Shown here: positions 19,444 through 28,914 of the stretch, one piece after another
How the letters are laid out: every line of letters starts with the position of its first letter
Position numbering within the stretch: the stretch's first letter is position 1
From: an uncultured virus (IMG/VR IMGVR_UViG_3300032053_018320)
Lineage: Duplodnaviria > Heunggongvirae > Uroviricota > Caudoviricetes
DNA length: 64,000 nucleotides
Virus record (IMG/VR): IMGVR_UViG_3300032053_018320
Strand: one strand, 5' to 3'
The notes under the pieces: generated by a model
Told to the model about the DNA's origin: nothing
The model's database searches: none
The model's input: the letters and a program-made list of their open reading frames with translations, nothing else
Translations under genes and position numbers: made by a program

Positions 19444-19857
19444 CTATTTTTCGATGAAAATATCACGCATCTTCAGCGCTATTTCACCATCGTCAGAACT
19501 AACGTGTGACGTTTGAAGAATTTTCCAGCGGTTTTTTTCTTGTAGAAACAGTTTAAATTCAACGAGTTTTCGTTGAAGATCGACACCCTTGCTACCATTA
19601 ACTGATTTGTCAGTGGCGACGACCATCACGAATGGAATCTTGTTGATGACAAAACGTCTGTAGAAAATGGTCATTCCATTCGTGAGCACGAAATGGTCTA
19701 TCGATCCCAAGAACGCTTCGTTCATTCCTAAGTTTATGCCTGTTAATAACATCGAATGCAGTTCGTCGACCGATGATTTACCGTTATTCGTTACTGCATT
19801 TATCAATATGCCATTTTCTTTCATCAAATAGACCATGATAGTCATGATGTTCGTCAA
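19444..19857 (-). CDS. longin/roadblock-like domain protein
   Basis: VYLMKENGILI...DELHSMLLTGINLGMNE...IDHFVL...IFY...VMVVATD beta-beta-alpha-beta-beta-beta-alpha pattern typical of Asgard longin-like proteins. Confidence 0.55.
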   Translation of the reverse strand: MTNIMTIMVYLMKENGILINAVTNNGKSSVDELHSMLLTGINLGMNEAFLGSIDHFVLTNGMTIFYRRFVINKIPFVMVVATDKSVNGSKGVDLQRKLVEFKLFLQEKNRWKILQTSHVSSDDGEIALKMRDIFIEK

Positions 19858-19988
19858 CTCGTTTTAATCTATTAGGGCGACCTATAAAAGAGTTCGCTTT
19901 CCCTTGGTGTAATCAGTCGATAGGTTTAAATCCACGAAGATATGAGATGATGATCAAGGATCATTTGTAACCAATACAAAGATAAATA

Positions 19989-20243
19989 GTGCTAATCATG
20001 GCAGAGAAAGTCTTTAAAAACTTACCACCGGTCAATAAATCGTTTTCTCGTGAACGAATCGAAGAAACGTTAAGTCACATGAGATCGGCTCTTGAAAAAG
20101 CAAAAGCGAAGAACGACGAGCACGCTATACGAATATTCACCCGTGATGTCAAGAATATAGAAGATATGCTTGTTGAATACGATGCTTGTGAACGAAAGGA
20201 AAAACCTCGACCACGGTCTGTTAATCGTAAAGGAAATACCTAA
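19989..20243 (+). CDS. small basic helical protein
   Basis: ORF below a TTTAAA box near 19925. Confidence 0.5.
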   Translation: MLIMAEKVFKNLPPVNKSFSRERIEETLSHMRSALEKAKAKNDEHAIRIFTRDVKNIEDMLVEYDACERKEKPRPRSVNRKGNT

Positions 20244-20246
20244 TTT

Positions 20247-20513
20247 TTAATAATTTCTCATTTTCTCGCCATTTGTTATCGTGAGTTCTAAGTTTTCCTT
20301 GGTTATATAATTACCCCAATTATTGATGAAAATCGTGTTAGGTTCATCAAACATTAAACCTCTCATGAATGTCTCGGAATCACTAAACGATAGATGTAAT
20401 AACCGTGATAAAAGAACACGATCGATACCATATCTATACTCATCGATGATTTCATGAACCGCTTTGTTGTCAATCGTTTTAGACAACCGATTTTTCAAGC
20501 TTGTTTGCCGCAT
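20247..20513 (-). CDS. hypothetical protein
   Basis: last ORF of the long minus-strand operon; begins MRQTSLKNRL. Confidence 0.5.
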   Translation of the reverse strand: MRQTSLKNRLSKTIDNKAVHEIIDEYRYGIDRVLLSRLLHLSFSDSETFMRGLMFDEPNTIFINNWGNYITKENLELTITNGEKMRNY

Positions 20514-20727
20514 TTTCGTTGATCTCCATCACTTTGACTTCACATTTGCATTGAATGTCGTGATATTCAGCAAGCGCTTCTTGAATATGCTTTAAAATCA
20601 AATCTGTCGTCACGGTGATCATGATTGATTCGTCCCACGTTGTTACGATTGGTATCTCTCGTGGGGTTATCTGGATCAAGAAAAAAGATGAATCATTCAT
20701 CATCGTTATTAAGCCGCTCCACGTCAT
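20479..20727 (-). CDS. hypothetical protein
   Basis: overlaps the end of nrdD. Confidence 0.45.
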   Translation of the reverse strand: MTWSGLITMMNDSSFFLIQITPREIPIVTTWDESIMITVTTDLILKHIQEALAEYHDIQCKCEVKVMEINENAANKLEKSVV

Positions 20728-23020
20728 CGCCTTGATAGCGATATCGATCCTTCAACTCCTGCTTCTTGCCAGCATTCCATCCATCAACGGCTTGCACATA
20801 ACCCGTGATCCGAGAATATGACGTAACGTTGGTGCTCTTGCATAAAGTGCAATGATCGACAATTCCATCGTCTCTGTTGTGACATATATTACACATAGTT
20901 AAATCCTTTGTCAGCGAGAAATAACCGACGAGAGTGTTCATTGCTATGTCACGAACGAGATTATAAATCGCTTCAAGGTCAGGTGATTTTTCACCCAAGA
21001 ATATATTACAGATATTTCCGCCAGATAACATCGGAAAACATCGTTCTTCAATGGCTATTTTCTGATGCATTGGAATTTTAGCCGAATGGTTCGTCATGAA
21101 GCCGTTCGTGTAATAGACTGGCACTTTCGTTCTGCCACCATTTTCATAGATATGTTTCCAATTACTAACATCGCCCTTGACATACTGCTTCGCCTCACCA
21201 TTGAACTTGAGAAGATCGAGAATGGCGAACAACTGGGATGTCGACTCTGCTGGTGTTCGAGCGACGGCAAAATTTAATCCAGTTTCTTCGGCATATTCAT
21301 TCTTGATCCGTTCCATTTCAGCGACTATCTGTAGTCCCATTTCAACGGCAGAATTATCTTCGTGTAACTGATACCCAGTCATTGCTTGAACTGTTTCGTT
21401 CATACCGACGAATCCTGTTATGAGACTTGCTGAATATATGTCGTATAATGACGGCTGAGTTCGATCATCGAGCGGTCGTTGCATCAAGAACGGGAGATTT
21501 CCCCGCTCAGCGAAATCTATGACGTTCTGACGTTTCCACATCAAGAAACGTCTGGAGTTATCCATCTGCTCTTCAAGAAGATCGGTGAACTGATCATAGT
21601 TACCCTTGCTTCTATACGCAAGACGAGGCAAATTCAAAGTGACGACCTGCTGTCCACTCATCGAAAAGTGCTGACCACCTTCATAGATCAACTTTGGATA
21701 CAACGTTTTTGCATCTTCGCTGAAATGATAGGCACAACACTGATAACAATCTTGACCATCAGCATCACGATACTCTGGAATGACCGAATCATAATATGTC
21801 GATCCAAACTTTAACGATAATTCGACAGCCTTCATGATGATTTGATTGGTCAACTCACTCGGATTCGTGAAATGTTCCTTGCGAAGTCTGAGTTCTGGTT
21901 TCGGAAAGAAAAACATTTTACCAAACCGATCACCTTTGAGATACACTTCAAGCAAGGCAAGGGCGAATAATTGTGCTTCTCGTTCAAAGTCGCCATAACT
22001 CAGATCGTCATTAACCTTACCCTTGTAGACGACTGGTTTATCGGCCCACAACTTCGGAACGGTCGGCTCGATCTGGACACTGGAAAAAATCAATTGTCCA
22101 CCACGACTAACATAGGTGAGATTCAATTCAAATATGAACATTTGAGCACATTGCTTGATCGTTACTGGTTTATATCCAGTTTTCCATTCACCAGCATCCT
22201 TTGAATCATACGGCATTCCTTCGAGAAATGGCGCTATGAAAATGTTGAAATTGAACAATCCTTGCCCGCCTTGACAATTGCACTGTCCAGCGGCTAACAC
22301 TTTAACTGCATGAAGGATTGCTGTTGCTGCATTATTGGCTGGATCGGTAGCCGACGAATACTGACCACTTCCATCGGCAAGCAATCCATTTTTCAAGAAA
22401 TATCGAAGATCGTAATCTGCACAGAATGGACGCTGGATATACTCAAGTTGATGCACGTGAATATCACCAGAATAATGTGCCTTCTCGATACCGACGGGAA
22501 ATCCAATCGGAACTGCTTCCTTCACGACTTGATCTGCCAATTTCTTATGAATGTTCTCTGGATTGCCGTTATTGAGATTTGCGTTTTCATTCTTCTCGAA
22601 GAGATCATACTGCCATATATCATTCCATACTTCATAAAATGGAACTCCAACTCGTGAATAAATCTTATTGTAAGTGAGATAATTCGGATCGGTCAGACTT
22701 CTGTTCAACAATTCATTACAAACTAATTCACGAATGAATGCTGCGGTTATCAGAGCGTCACCACGATAAATGGATTGAATTCTCTGTTGAACTATATTAG
22801 CAATATCACGGGCTACTCGAGCATTGATACGAGGAATCTTGAATAGTTTTTCAGCAAGAATTGTTTCCTTCTTGAGCGACTGAATGATCCTATTAGCATC
22901 AAAAACGGTTGTTGTGTCGTCGCTTCGTCTCACTTTTATTTCATGGATTGATTCTATCTCTGGTGACTCCTTGTTATCGTCATCATTCTGTTCCGTCGAT
23001 GTCTTGTTCGTCACTACCAT
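20693..23020 (-). CDS. nrdD: anaerobic (class III) ribonucleoside-triphosphate reductase with N-terminal ATP-cone
   Basis: VRRSD ATP-cone, ENAN, IHVHQL, YQCC finger loop, TPAES, YYTN, Zn ribbon, SRITGY glycyl-radical motif. Confidence 0.95.
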   Translation of the reverse strand: MVVTNKTSTEQNDDDNKESPEIESIHEIKVRRSDDTTTVFDANRIIQSLKKETILAEKLFKIPRINARVARDIANIVQQRIQSIYRGDALITAAFIRELVCNELLNRSLTDPNYLTYNKIYSRVGVPFYEVWNDIWQYDLFEKNENANLNNGNPENIHKKLADQVVKEAVPIGFPVGIEKAHYSGDIHVHQLEYIQRPFCADYDLRYFLKNGLLADGSGQYSSATDPANNAATAILHAVKVLAAGQCNCQGGQGLFNFNIFIAPFLEGMPYDSKDAGEWKTGYKPVTIKQCAQMFIFELNLTYVSRGGQLIFSSVQIEPTVPKLWADKPVVYKGKVNDDLSYGDFEREAQLFALALLEVYLKGDRFGKMFFFPKPELRLRKEHFTNPSELTNQIIMKAVELSLKFGSTYYDSVIPEYRDADGQDCYQCCAYHFSEDAKTLYPKLIYEGGQHFSMSGQQVVTLNLPRLAYRSKGNYDQFTDLLEEQMDNSRRFLMWKRQNVIDFAERGNLPFLMQRPLDDRTQPSLYDIYSASLITGFVGMNETVQAMTGYQLHEDNSAVEMGLQIVAEMERIKNEYAEETGLNFAVARTPAESTSQLFAILDLLKFNGEAKQYVKGDVSNWKHIYENGGRTKVPVYYTNGFMTNHSAKIPMHQKIAIEERCFPMLSGGNICNIFLGEKSPDLEAIYNLVRDIAMNTLVGYFSLTKDLTMCNICHNRDDGIVDHCTLCKSTNVTSYSRITGYVQAVDGWNAGKKQELKDRYRYQGDDVERLNNDDE

Positions 23021-24086
23021 CAATATCATCTATGTCATTAAGTTCTACTCTTACTTCAGAAGTGTTTCGTTGATGAAATGTTTCTATTTTTTGTAACAAT
23101 AATTGACGACCCTTGGCGTGCCTTGCCCTGGATGATTGTTGACTCTCACCCTTTTTTTTATTTTGACGAGCCATCAATATCGCAAGATCAACCTTTTCGT
23201 TAGTCGATAATTGACCCATGCAGGCATAATAAAACTCACAATATTTACACCACCTATTGTTGAAGAAATACCCTTTTCTCGTTATCTTGGTTTCCCATTT
23301 CTTGAGGGTCTCGATCATTTGATTTTTATCGTAATTCGTGAAAAAGTCGGTGAGATTTGTTCCATCGATTGTATAAATGACCGTTCCAGCCATTGCTTGA
23401 TATTGTTCATGATCGATGATCGGATAACGGTCGATGAATGTCGCTTCAAACAATATTTGTTCACGAACTTTCTTGATCATGACAGGTTTTTCCAGTCGTT
23501 CACCATAAAAACCAATACCCTTCGAGAACGACGGCACTCGACCAGTCTTATAATCAGCGATCCGTAGAAATGCTGGATGATCACCATGAAAGTTTGCTGG
23601 TATCAAGAAAATGACGTCGGCCTTGAAAGTTATTCCTATTTCGTCATTATTGAAGAAATATTCTGTCGCTATTGGTTTATAATATTTCCACGCTTCTTCT
23701 CGTGATCCAGTGAATCGCTCAAGGTCTTTGAACCGTTTATACTCATACTCAACGAAGTTCTTGAGATGCACAGTTATTTTAGGATATAATTGTTTTGGCA
23801 TATTGGTAGGAATTATTTTTACCAAGATGTCGAATAAATGCTTCTTGATATTTGGTTCAGCAAAGAATTCATCGAAGGTGATCCTATCGAGAAACACTTG
23901 GAAAATTTTATGATCGAAACTACCAAATAACGGAACGGTGCTTGCCTTTCGTGGCTTTGGTTGTGTTCGTAGTATTTTCTTATGATACACGATTAACTCA
24001 CACGAACCACCAGAACCATGAAGACTCGGGCTCATGTGAAAGTCAAATTGAGCAAAATTGACAGTGTCGTTATCTTGAACGGACAT
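22983..24086 (-). CDS. PD-(D/E)XK nuclease, Cas4/AddB-like with Fe-S cysteines
   Basis: N-terminal Cys, KADVI, IADYKTG, EQ, CKYCEFYYAC. Confidence 0.8.
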   Translation of the reverse strand: MSVQDNDTVNFAQFDFHMSPSLHGSGGSCELIVYHKKILRTQPKPRKASTVPLFGSFDHKIFQVFLDRITFDEFFAEPNIKKHLFDILVKIIPTNMPKQLYPKITVHLKNFVEYEYKRFKDLERFTGSREEAWKYYKPIATEYFFNNDEIGITFKADVIFLIPANFHGDHPAFLRIADYKTGRVPSFSKGIGFYGERLEKPVMIKKVREQILFEATFIDRYPIIDHEQYQAMAGTVIYTIDGTNLTDFFTNYDKNQMIETLKKWETKITRKGYFFNNRWCKYCEFYYACMGQLSTNEKVDLAILMARQNKKKGESQQSSRARHAKGRQLLLQKIETFHQRNTSEVRVELNDIDDIDGSDEQDIDGTE

Positions 24087-24098
24087 TTTTAGATCACG

Positions 24099-24611
24099 CT
24101 ACATACATCGTCGTGGAATGATGATTCCAATTCCGAGCGACCGAGCAAACCCGATGAATATCAGTATATTTCCAGATTTTTTAAAGATTTTCATTCGCTG
24201 TATGAAGTCAATATCGTTATCGACAACGACGATACCTTTTTTACTGGATAGTAACGTTTTTATTCTCGATAGTTTCCATTTTTGAACTGACTCAACGAAG
24301 TCTGGATCATCGTCTTGTCCGTCATACATCATTAGCGTTGCAGTCGGAAAACCATTGATGATCAGTTGCTCGGTTGTCATATCAAGGAATTCTATTTTTC
24401 TACCTGTTAAATACTCGATTTGTATACCTGCATCTTTAATTTCATTTACTATTACTGCCATATCATCGAAATATTTAACGTAGGTTCGTTCGTCTGGTGA
24501 TAGTAAATTGAACTTGACATCTTCACAAAGCGTGCCATCGATGTCAAACACACACGTGTCAATGACATTCATTAAGTTTTTGCTTTGTAAAAGTGATAAT
24601 AATTCATTCAT
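24099..24611 (-). CDS. HAD-superfamily phosphatase (PNKP/LNS2-like)
   Basis: FDIDGT, LTGR, K, VDND. Confidence 0.8.
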   Translation of the reverse strand: MNELLSLLQSKNLMNVIDTCVFDIDGTLCEDVKFNLLSPDERTYVKYFDDMAVIVNEIKDAGIQIEYLTGRKIEFLDMTTEQLIINGFPTATLMMYDGQDDDPDFVESVQKWKLSRIKTLLSSKKGIVVVDNDIDFIQRMKIFKKSGNILIFIGFARSLGIGIIIPRRCM

Positions 24612-27508
24612 AATGTGCTCATCGATGCTCCTTGAATGACATCATCATACGACCAGCCAGCGGCTTTCAAGATAGAAACGAGATTTTCCTTGATTTGTTT
24701 TTTATACAGCGACTCATAATCAAGGGTAAATCCCTTGAGACTATCCGGACTGTCGATCGCAAGAACATCGGTTGGTGGCAATCTCGCTGGACTCTTGGCA
24801 ACATAAATCCACTTCACCTTATCACCAGACTGCCAGTTCTGATGTAAATTTTCTATACCCCATTGGGCTGCACGGACATGCGGAGGCCACGATGTTCGTG
24901 GTTTCTTTTCTTTAACAGCGGAATACTCACTTATATCATCTGTCAACGAGACATTGAATGCTATTTTATCTATATCGATTTTACCAGATAGAAAAGCGTC
25001 CTTGACCTTCAATACATATTGACGGATGATTGCCTTTGATTTGCCCCACAACATAAATTCCATGACCTTCTTCTGTGTGTCACGACCAATCCTTGATACA
25101 TTTGACCGTTTGGACTCAAATCCCGTGACTTGAATTTCCGTTTCTTTGTATTCCAACCACTCATCTTCACCAGACAACTCATACCACGGCAATCGTGCAT
25201 ATCGCTTCTTGCCACCTTCTTCTTGGTCCTTCTTTGGTGCCATGAGAAATCGTTTGTCGATTTTCTCCGAACGAATCTTGAGCGCGTGATTACCTTGGTC
25301 AGTATTGAAAGTATCAACACAGAATCTATCATATTTCGTGGTCATGAATTGACTGATATAATCCGCTATCTCACAGATTAATTTACCGTCTGTTATTGCT
25401 TCGAGCCCCTTGATCATGATCGAATCTGTATCACCATATAACACCTTCAGATTAACATCTACATCGAATTTTTCCATCAACAACTGTTTCAATTCATCCG
25501 ATGCAACTAATTCGGCAGTATACTTGATGATGACTTGACCACTCAGCGTAACGGACTCAGCATCTTGGATATTATAGAGTGAAGCACCTTCATGACCCAT
25601 CACACCATACCATGTATTGATCTTCGCCTTTTCTGCCATCTGCATTAGGTCATATGTCGTTTTCTCGGAATCAACGATCGTTATCAAGTCATCAACGGTC
25701 GATGAATCAAAATTGATCATGTCGAATTTAGCCTTTACCATATCGACGACAGTTTGTTGCATGGGCTTCTTTCCAGTCAAACTTTCATTCATGGTTCGAT
25801 AGGCTACTTCCTTGATAGCACTTGCTGACATCGCTGTGGCATCTATCTTCTTTATTGCCTTTTGGATCAACGACACTAATTTCTTGCAGGTCTTGAAATT
25901 ATCACGCTGTTTATTGAACTCGATGAGCCGATCCTTGGCAAATCCAACGACATCCTTTCGATAATAGTGACCAGCGGCTGAATGAATAAAATTCAATAAC
26001 TCGTCTTGACTATAGAGATTTGGATCGATTCTCGTCTCCGGCGAAATATTCAAGGTTATAATGATTGATGGATACAGTGATTTCAAGTCAAATGAAATGA
26101 TATTCTCGAAAATGCCTACTTCTGGTTCAAATACATAGGCACCTTCGAGATCGTCTTCATCATCTGGATTTAATGACTTTTCATTCGTCGGCAACACTTT
26201 ACCCATCTTCATTGCCGCTCGTAATTGGTCCATCTCGATGATTCGTGATGTTGCTGTGCTGTCATCGAATGTGCAACCAACTTGTCGTCGCTGAATATCA
26301 AAAAACTTGATGATATTTAGTTTTTTATTCAATTCCCAACAGATTTCAACATCTCGAACGTTATAATAAATTGATTGTTTGAAATTACTTCGCCAAAACT
26401 GACCCACTGAACCAAGGTGAGGCATTTTCTTTAATTTTAACTCATCGTATCCAACATCATCCAACTTATAGGAGTCTTTCATTCCCAAGAATTTCGTTAT
26501 GGCTTTATAACAAAAGAGCATATCCAAGACCGATACTGCACCGACGATTGGATCGCCACGTTTTGATACGAACGCTCGTTGGATCGGTGATAGAAAACTT
26601 GGACTGATATGAGAAATCTTTTGTTGTTGCAAATAGAATAGTCTACCAATTATGTATCCAACGTCGAAATCTACGTTCCATCCAGTTATTATGTCAGGCT
26701 TAACATTTTCATAATATTGCTTGAACTTATAAAACATATCGATTTCATTGTCGAAAAGAAACAATTTCCACGGTATGTCTTTATTAGATTTAGTGAAATG
26801 ATAGACTGAATCAACGACTTCATCCGGCTTTGCGTGCTCCTTTCGTTTTGGATGCCATGCAAATGTATATAATTTATTGGTATACGAATCGATGGTCGTG
26901 ATCATGATGATCGGCATAGTGCCCTTCGTTGCGTCTGGTAATCCACCCATTTCATTATTAACTTCAATATCTATGGTGATCGTCAGCGGTTCTACGCCTA
27001 AATCATCGATGGGCATCAAATTATTGTAATCACGAATGTCATAATCTGGCACTATCGATTGAGGATTGACACTTGCTGGACGAGTTAATAATTCATTCGA
27101 GACAGTGAAACTCGATTTGATTCCCGTTGTTGCCAAGAAATTCTTCGGAAACAACACATTGGATTGATAGGTCTGATTGCCGATCAGCACCTTTTTTCGC
27201 AGTTCACTAACTTGAGCAGGCACGTATGTCTCGATTTTCGTCACTGGATCGCCAGTAATTGATAATAAATGACTTGGATCACGATACACTCGTCTAACCA
27301 TTTCATTAGCGAGTGTAATCGAATCACCTGCCAAGTAAAAGTATGGAATGAAACCTCTAACTTTTAAATGTTCCCGATGTTTTGGATTTAACTTACTTCG
27401 ACAAAGCATATGTAAGACTGGATCGCCATTTTCGAGTGTATATTCGATATTGAAAACACTAAAATCTACCGTTCGTTGTTCTGCTGCTTCACTCATCGTC
27501 ATCATCAT
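24608..27508 (-). CDS. polB: family B DNA polymerase with 3'-5' exonuclease
   Basis: DIE (ExoI), GWNVDFD, YNVRDV, DLKSLYPS, KxxxNTWYG, YGDTDS, KKRY. Confidence 0.97.
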   Translation of the reverse strand: MMMTMSEAAEQRTVDFSVFNIEYTLENGDPVLHMLCRSKLNPKHREHLKVRGFIPYFYLAGDSITLANEMVRRVYRDPSHLLSITGDPVTKIETYVPAQVSELRKKVLIGNQTYQSNVLFPKNFLATTGIKSSFTVSNELLTRPASVNPQSIVPDYDIRDYNNLMPIDDLGVEPLTITIDIEVNNEMGGLPDATKGTMPIIMITTIDSYTNKLYTFAWHPKRKEHAKPDEVVDSVYHFTKSNKDIPWKLFLFDNEIDMFYKFKQYYENVKPDIITGWNVDFDVGYIIGRLFYLQQQKISHISPSFLSPIQRAFVSKRGDPIVGAVSVLDMLFCYKAITKFLGMKDSYKLDDVGYDELKLKKMPHLGSVGQFWRSNFKQSIYYNVRDVEICWELNKKLNIIKFFDIQRRQVGCTFDDSTATSRIIEMDQLRAAMKMGKVLPTNEKSLNPDDEDDLEGAYVFEPEVGIFENIISFDLKSLYPSIIITLNISPETRIDPNLYSQDELLNFIHSAAGHYYRKDVVGFAKDRLIEFNKQRDNFKTCKKLVSLIQKAIKKIDATAMSASAIKEVAYRTMNESLTGKKPMQQTVVDMVKAKFDMINFDSSTVDDLITIVDSEKTTYDLMQMAEKAKINTWYGVMGHEGASLYNIQDAESVTLSGQVIIKYTAELVASDELKQLLMEKFDVDVNLKVLYGDTDSIMIKGLEAITDGKLICEIADYISQFMTTKYDRFCVDTFNTDQGNHALKIRSEKIDKRFLMAPKKDQEEGGKKRYARLPWYELSGEDEWLEYKETEIQVTGFESKRSNVSRIGRDTQKKVMEFMLWGKSKAIIRQYVLKVKDAFLSGKIDIDKIAFNVSLTDDISEYSAVKEKKPRTSWPPHVRAAQWGIENLHQNWQSGDKVKWIYVAKSPARLPPTDVLAIDSPDSLKGFTLDYESLYKKQIKENLVSILKAAGWSYDDVIQGASMSTL

Positions 27509-27884
27509 TTGTCGTGGTATGTGAAGAACCCAATGTTATATCGGTGATTTCGTGCCACGGTATAAATTCTGTCAATCTTATTACATCTTTTTTATTCCGA
27601 TGTCTAATTCTGTGATGATGAACATATTTACTCAAGATAGATAATCCACCATCGTCCATCTTTATTGAATCACTAAGTCGCATCCCCTTTTCTCTATGGA
27701 TGACAGACTTATCAACGTGATAGATGATGATCCAAACACCATCGTCCGGTGGAATTGCATTTCCATTTGCTAACAGAGTTTCTAAACCAGATCGAATGGC
27801 GGTTATGCCATTGTAATCATCGTCATCATCTGAACCATCATACGGCGTTCGTGAATCACCCTCGTGAGTCGTTAAATGTTCCAT
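27489..27884 (-). CDS. hypothetical protein
   Basis: fills the gap between queC-like and polB; start uncertain (MEHLTT...). Confidence 0.45.
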   Translation of the reverse strand: MEHLTTHEGDSRTPYDGSDDDDDYNGITAIRSGLETLLANGNAIPPDDGVWIIIYHVDKSVIHREKGMRLSDSIKMDDGGLSILSKYVHHHRIRHRNKKDVIRLTEFIPWHEITDITLGSSHTTTNDDDDE

Positions 27885-28914
27885 CTGCCAAAAAGGCAAG
27901 GAACGATTCGATGTCACTCTTGCGAACCCCGGTATAATCGTTGATATGCTGTGAATACTCATCTGCTATATCTGACTCAGCTAGTTTCGTCCATTGATCT
28001 GCCGGCACTCTATCCTTGAATCCAGCGAAATATACACTCAACATTCGATTGAAACACGGTTTACAATTCATGCACGGGTCTTCGGTTGGAGCAACACACG
28101 TTCTTGCCGTTGACAATGCAAAGTCAAGGTGACCAACACTGTCAAGAAACTGCAATTGTTCAATCTTGCTCATATCACCGACAGGACTCTTGACAATGGT
28201 TTCTACGCCGTTGTAATTTGAAAAGATTTCCGTTGCTTCATCGAAAAACCGACGAGATTTATCACGGTTCTTATCCATGATTTCGCCAGCATATACTCCA
28301 TAATTCAGTGAATGAGATTCACGAGACTTCAAATCCAAGAATTTATTCATCATGGCGAGTATCGTGAAATTTCTTGCTGGTATCTTGAAACCACCGAAAG
28401 GCCATCCATGATCAGCGTTTTTTTCTTCGTCGCTAAAAACAATAGATTCGACAACATATGGATTTATCTGAAATTCCAAGATTGTGTCGAGAAACGAACG
28501 AGTTTCAAAATCCAACTGTTCTTGTTGATAATTCAAGAACATACAACAAATGGATTCTTCACCTTTTGTTTTCAAGCGAAGATATGATGCCATTGAATCG
28601 AGTCCACCAGACAACGCCAGACAATTATTTCGACGAACTGATGATTGTGTTCGTTGCTTCTTGATAACATTCCATTTCAGATCGACGGAAAAAGGAATAT
28701 CTGAACATCCATCTTCGTTGAGTAAGAAATCCAAAAAATTTTCAAGTGTTTCCTTGTTCGTCTTGAAGAATTCTTCTTTTTGACTTGACACATCGAAAAT
28801 AATATCTTGACTACCGGCGTATCCGGCTTTCATTGCTGCAACGCCGAGATTACCGATACCATCTTCTATCAAGTCGTATGTTCCGACCGGGAATAACAAT
28901 TTATCGCTGCTCAT
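27856..28914 (-). CDS. queC: QueC-family PP-loop ATPase (7-cyano-7-deazaguanine synthase-like) with N-terminal extension
   Basis: LSGGLDS, NYQQ, IPARN, SP...MSK, TC...CMNCKPC Zn site; clustered with folE/queD/queE. Confidence 0.75.
   Translation of the reverse strand: MSSDKLLFPVGTYDLIEDGIGNLGVAAMKAGYAGSQDIIFDVSSQKEEFFKTNKETLENFLDFLLNEDGCSDIPFSVDLKWNVIKKQRTQSSVRRNNCLALSGGLDSMASYLRLKTKGEESICCMFLNYQQEQLDFETRSFLDTILEFQINPYVVESIVFSDEEKNADHGWPFGGFKIPARNFTILAMMNKFLDLKSRESHSLNYGVYAGEIMDKNRDKSRRFFDEATEIFSNYNGVETIVKSPVGDMSKIEQLQFLDSVGHLDFALSTARTCVAPTEDPCMNCKPCFNRMLSVYFAGFKDRVPADQWTKLAESDIADEYSQHINDYTGVRKSDIESFLAFLADGTFNDSRG

Noticed and set aside
22983..24086. Cas4-like gene as a sign of a CRISPR-Cas locus
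   Set aside because: No cas1/cas2 and no repeat-spacer array seen anywhere in the window; solo Cas4-like nucleases are common in archaeal virus replication modules
25650..25890. Intein in PolB
   Set aside because: The insert lacks a C/S start with block A, the terminal HN and LAGLIDADG motifs, and is too short
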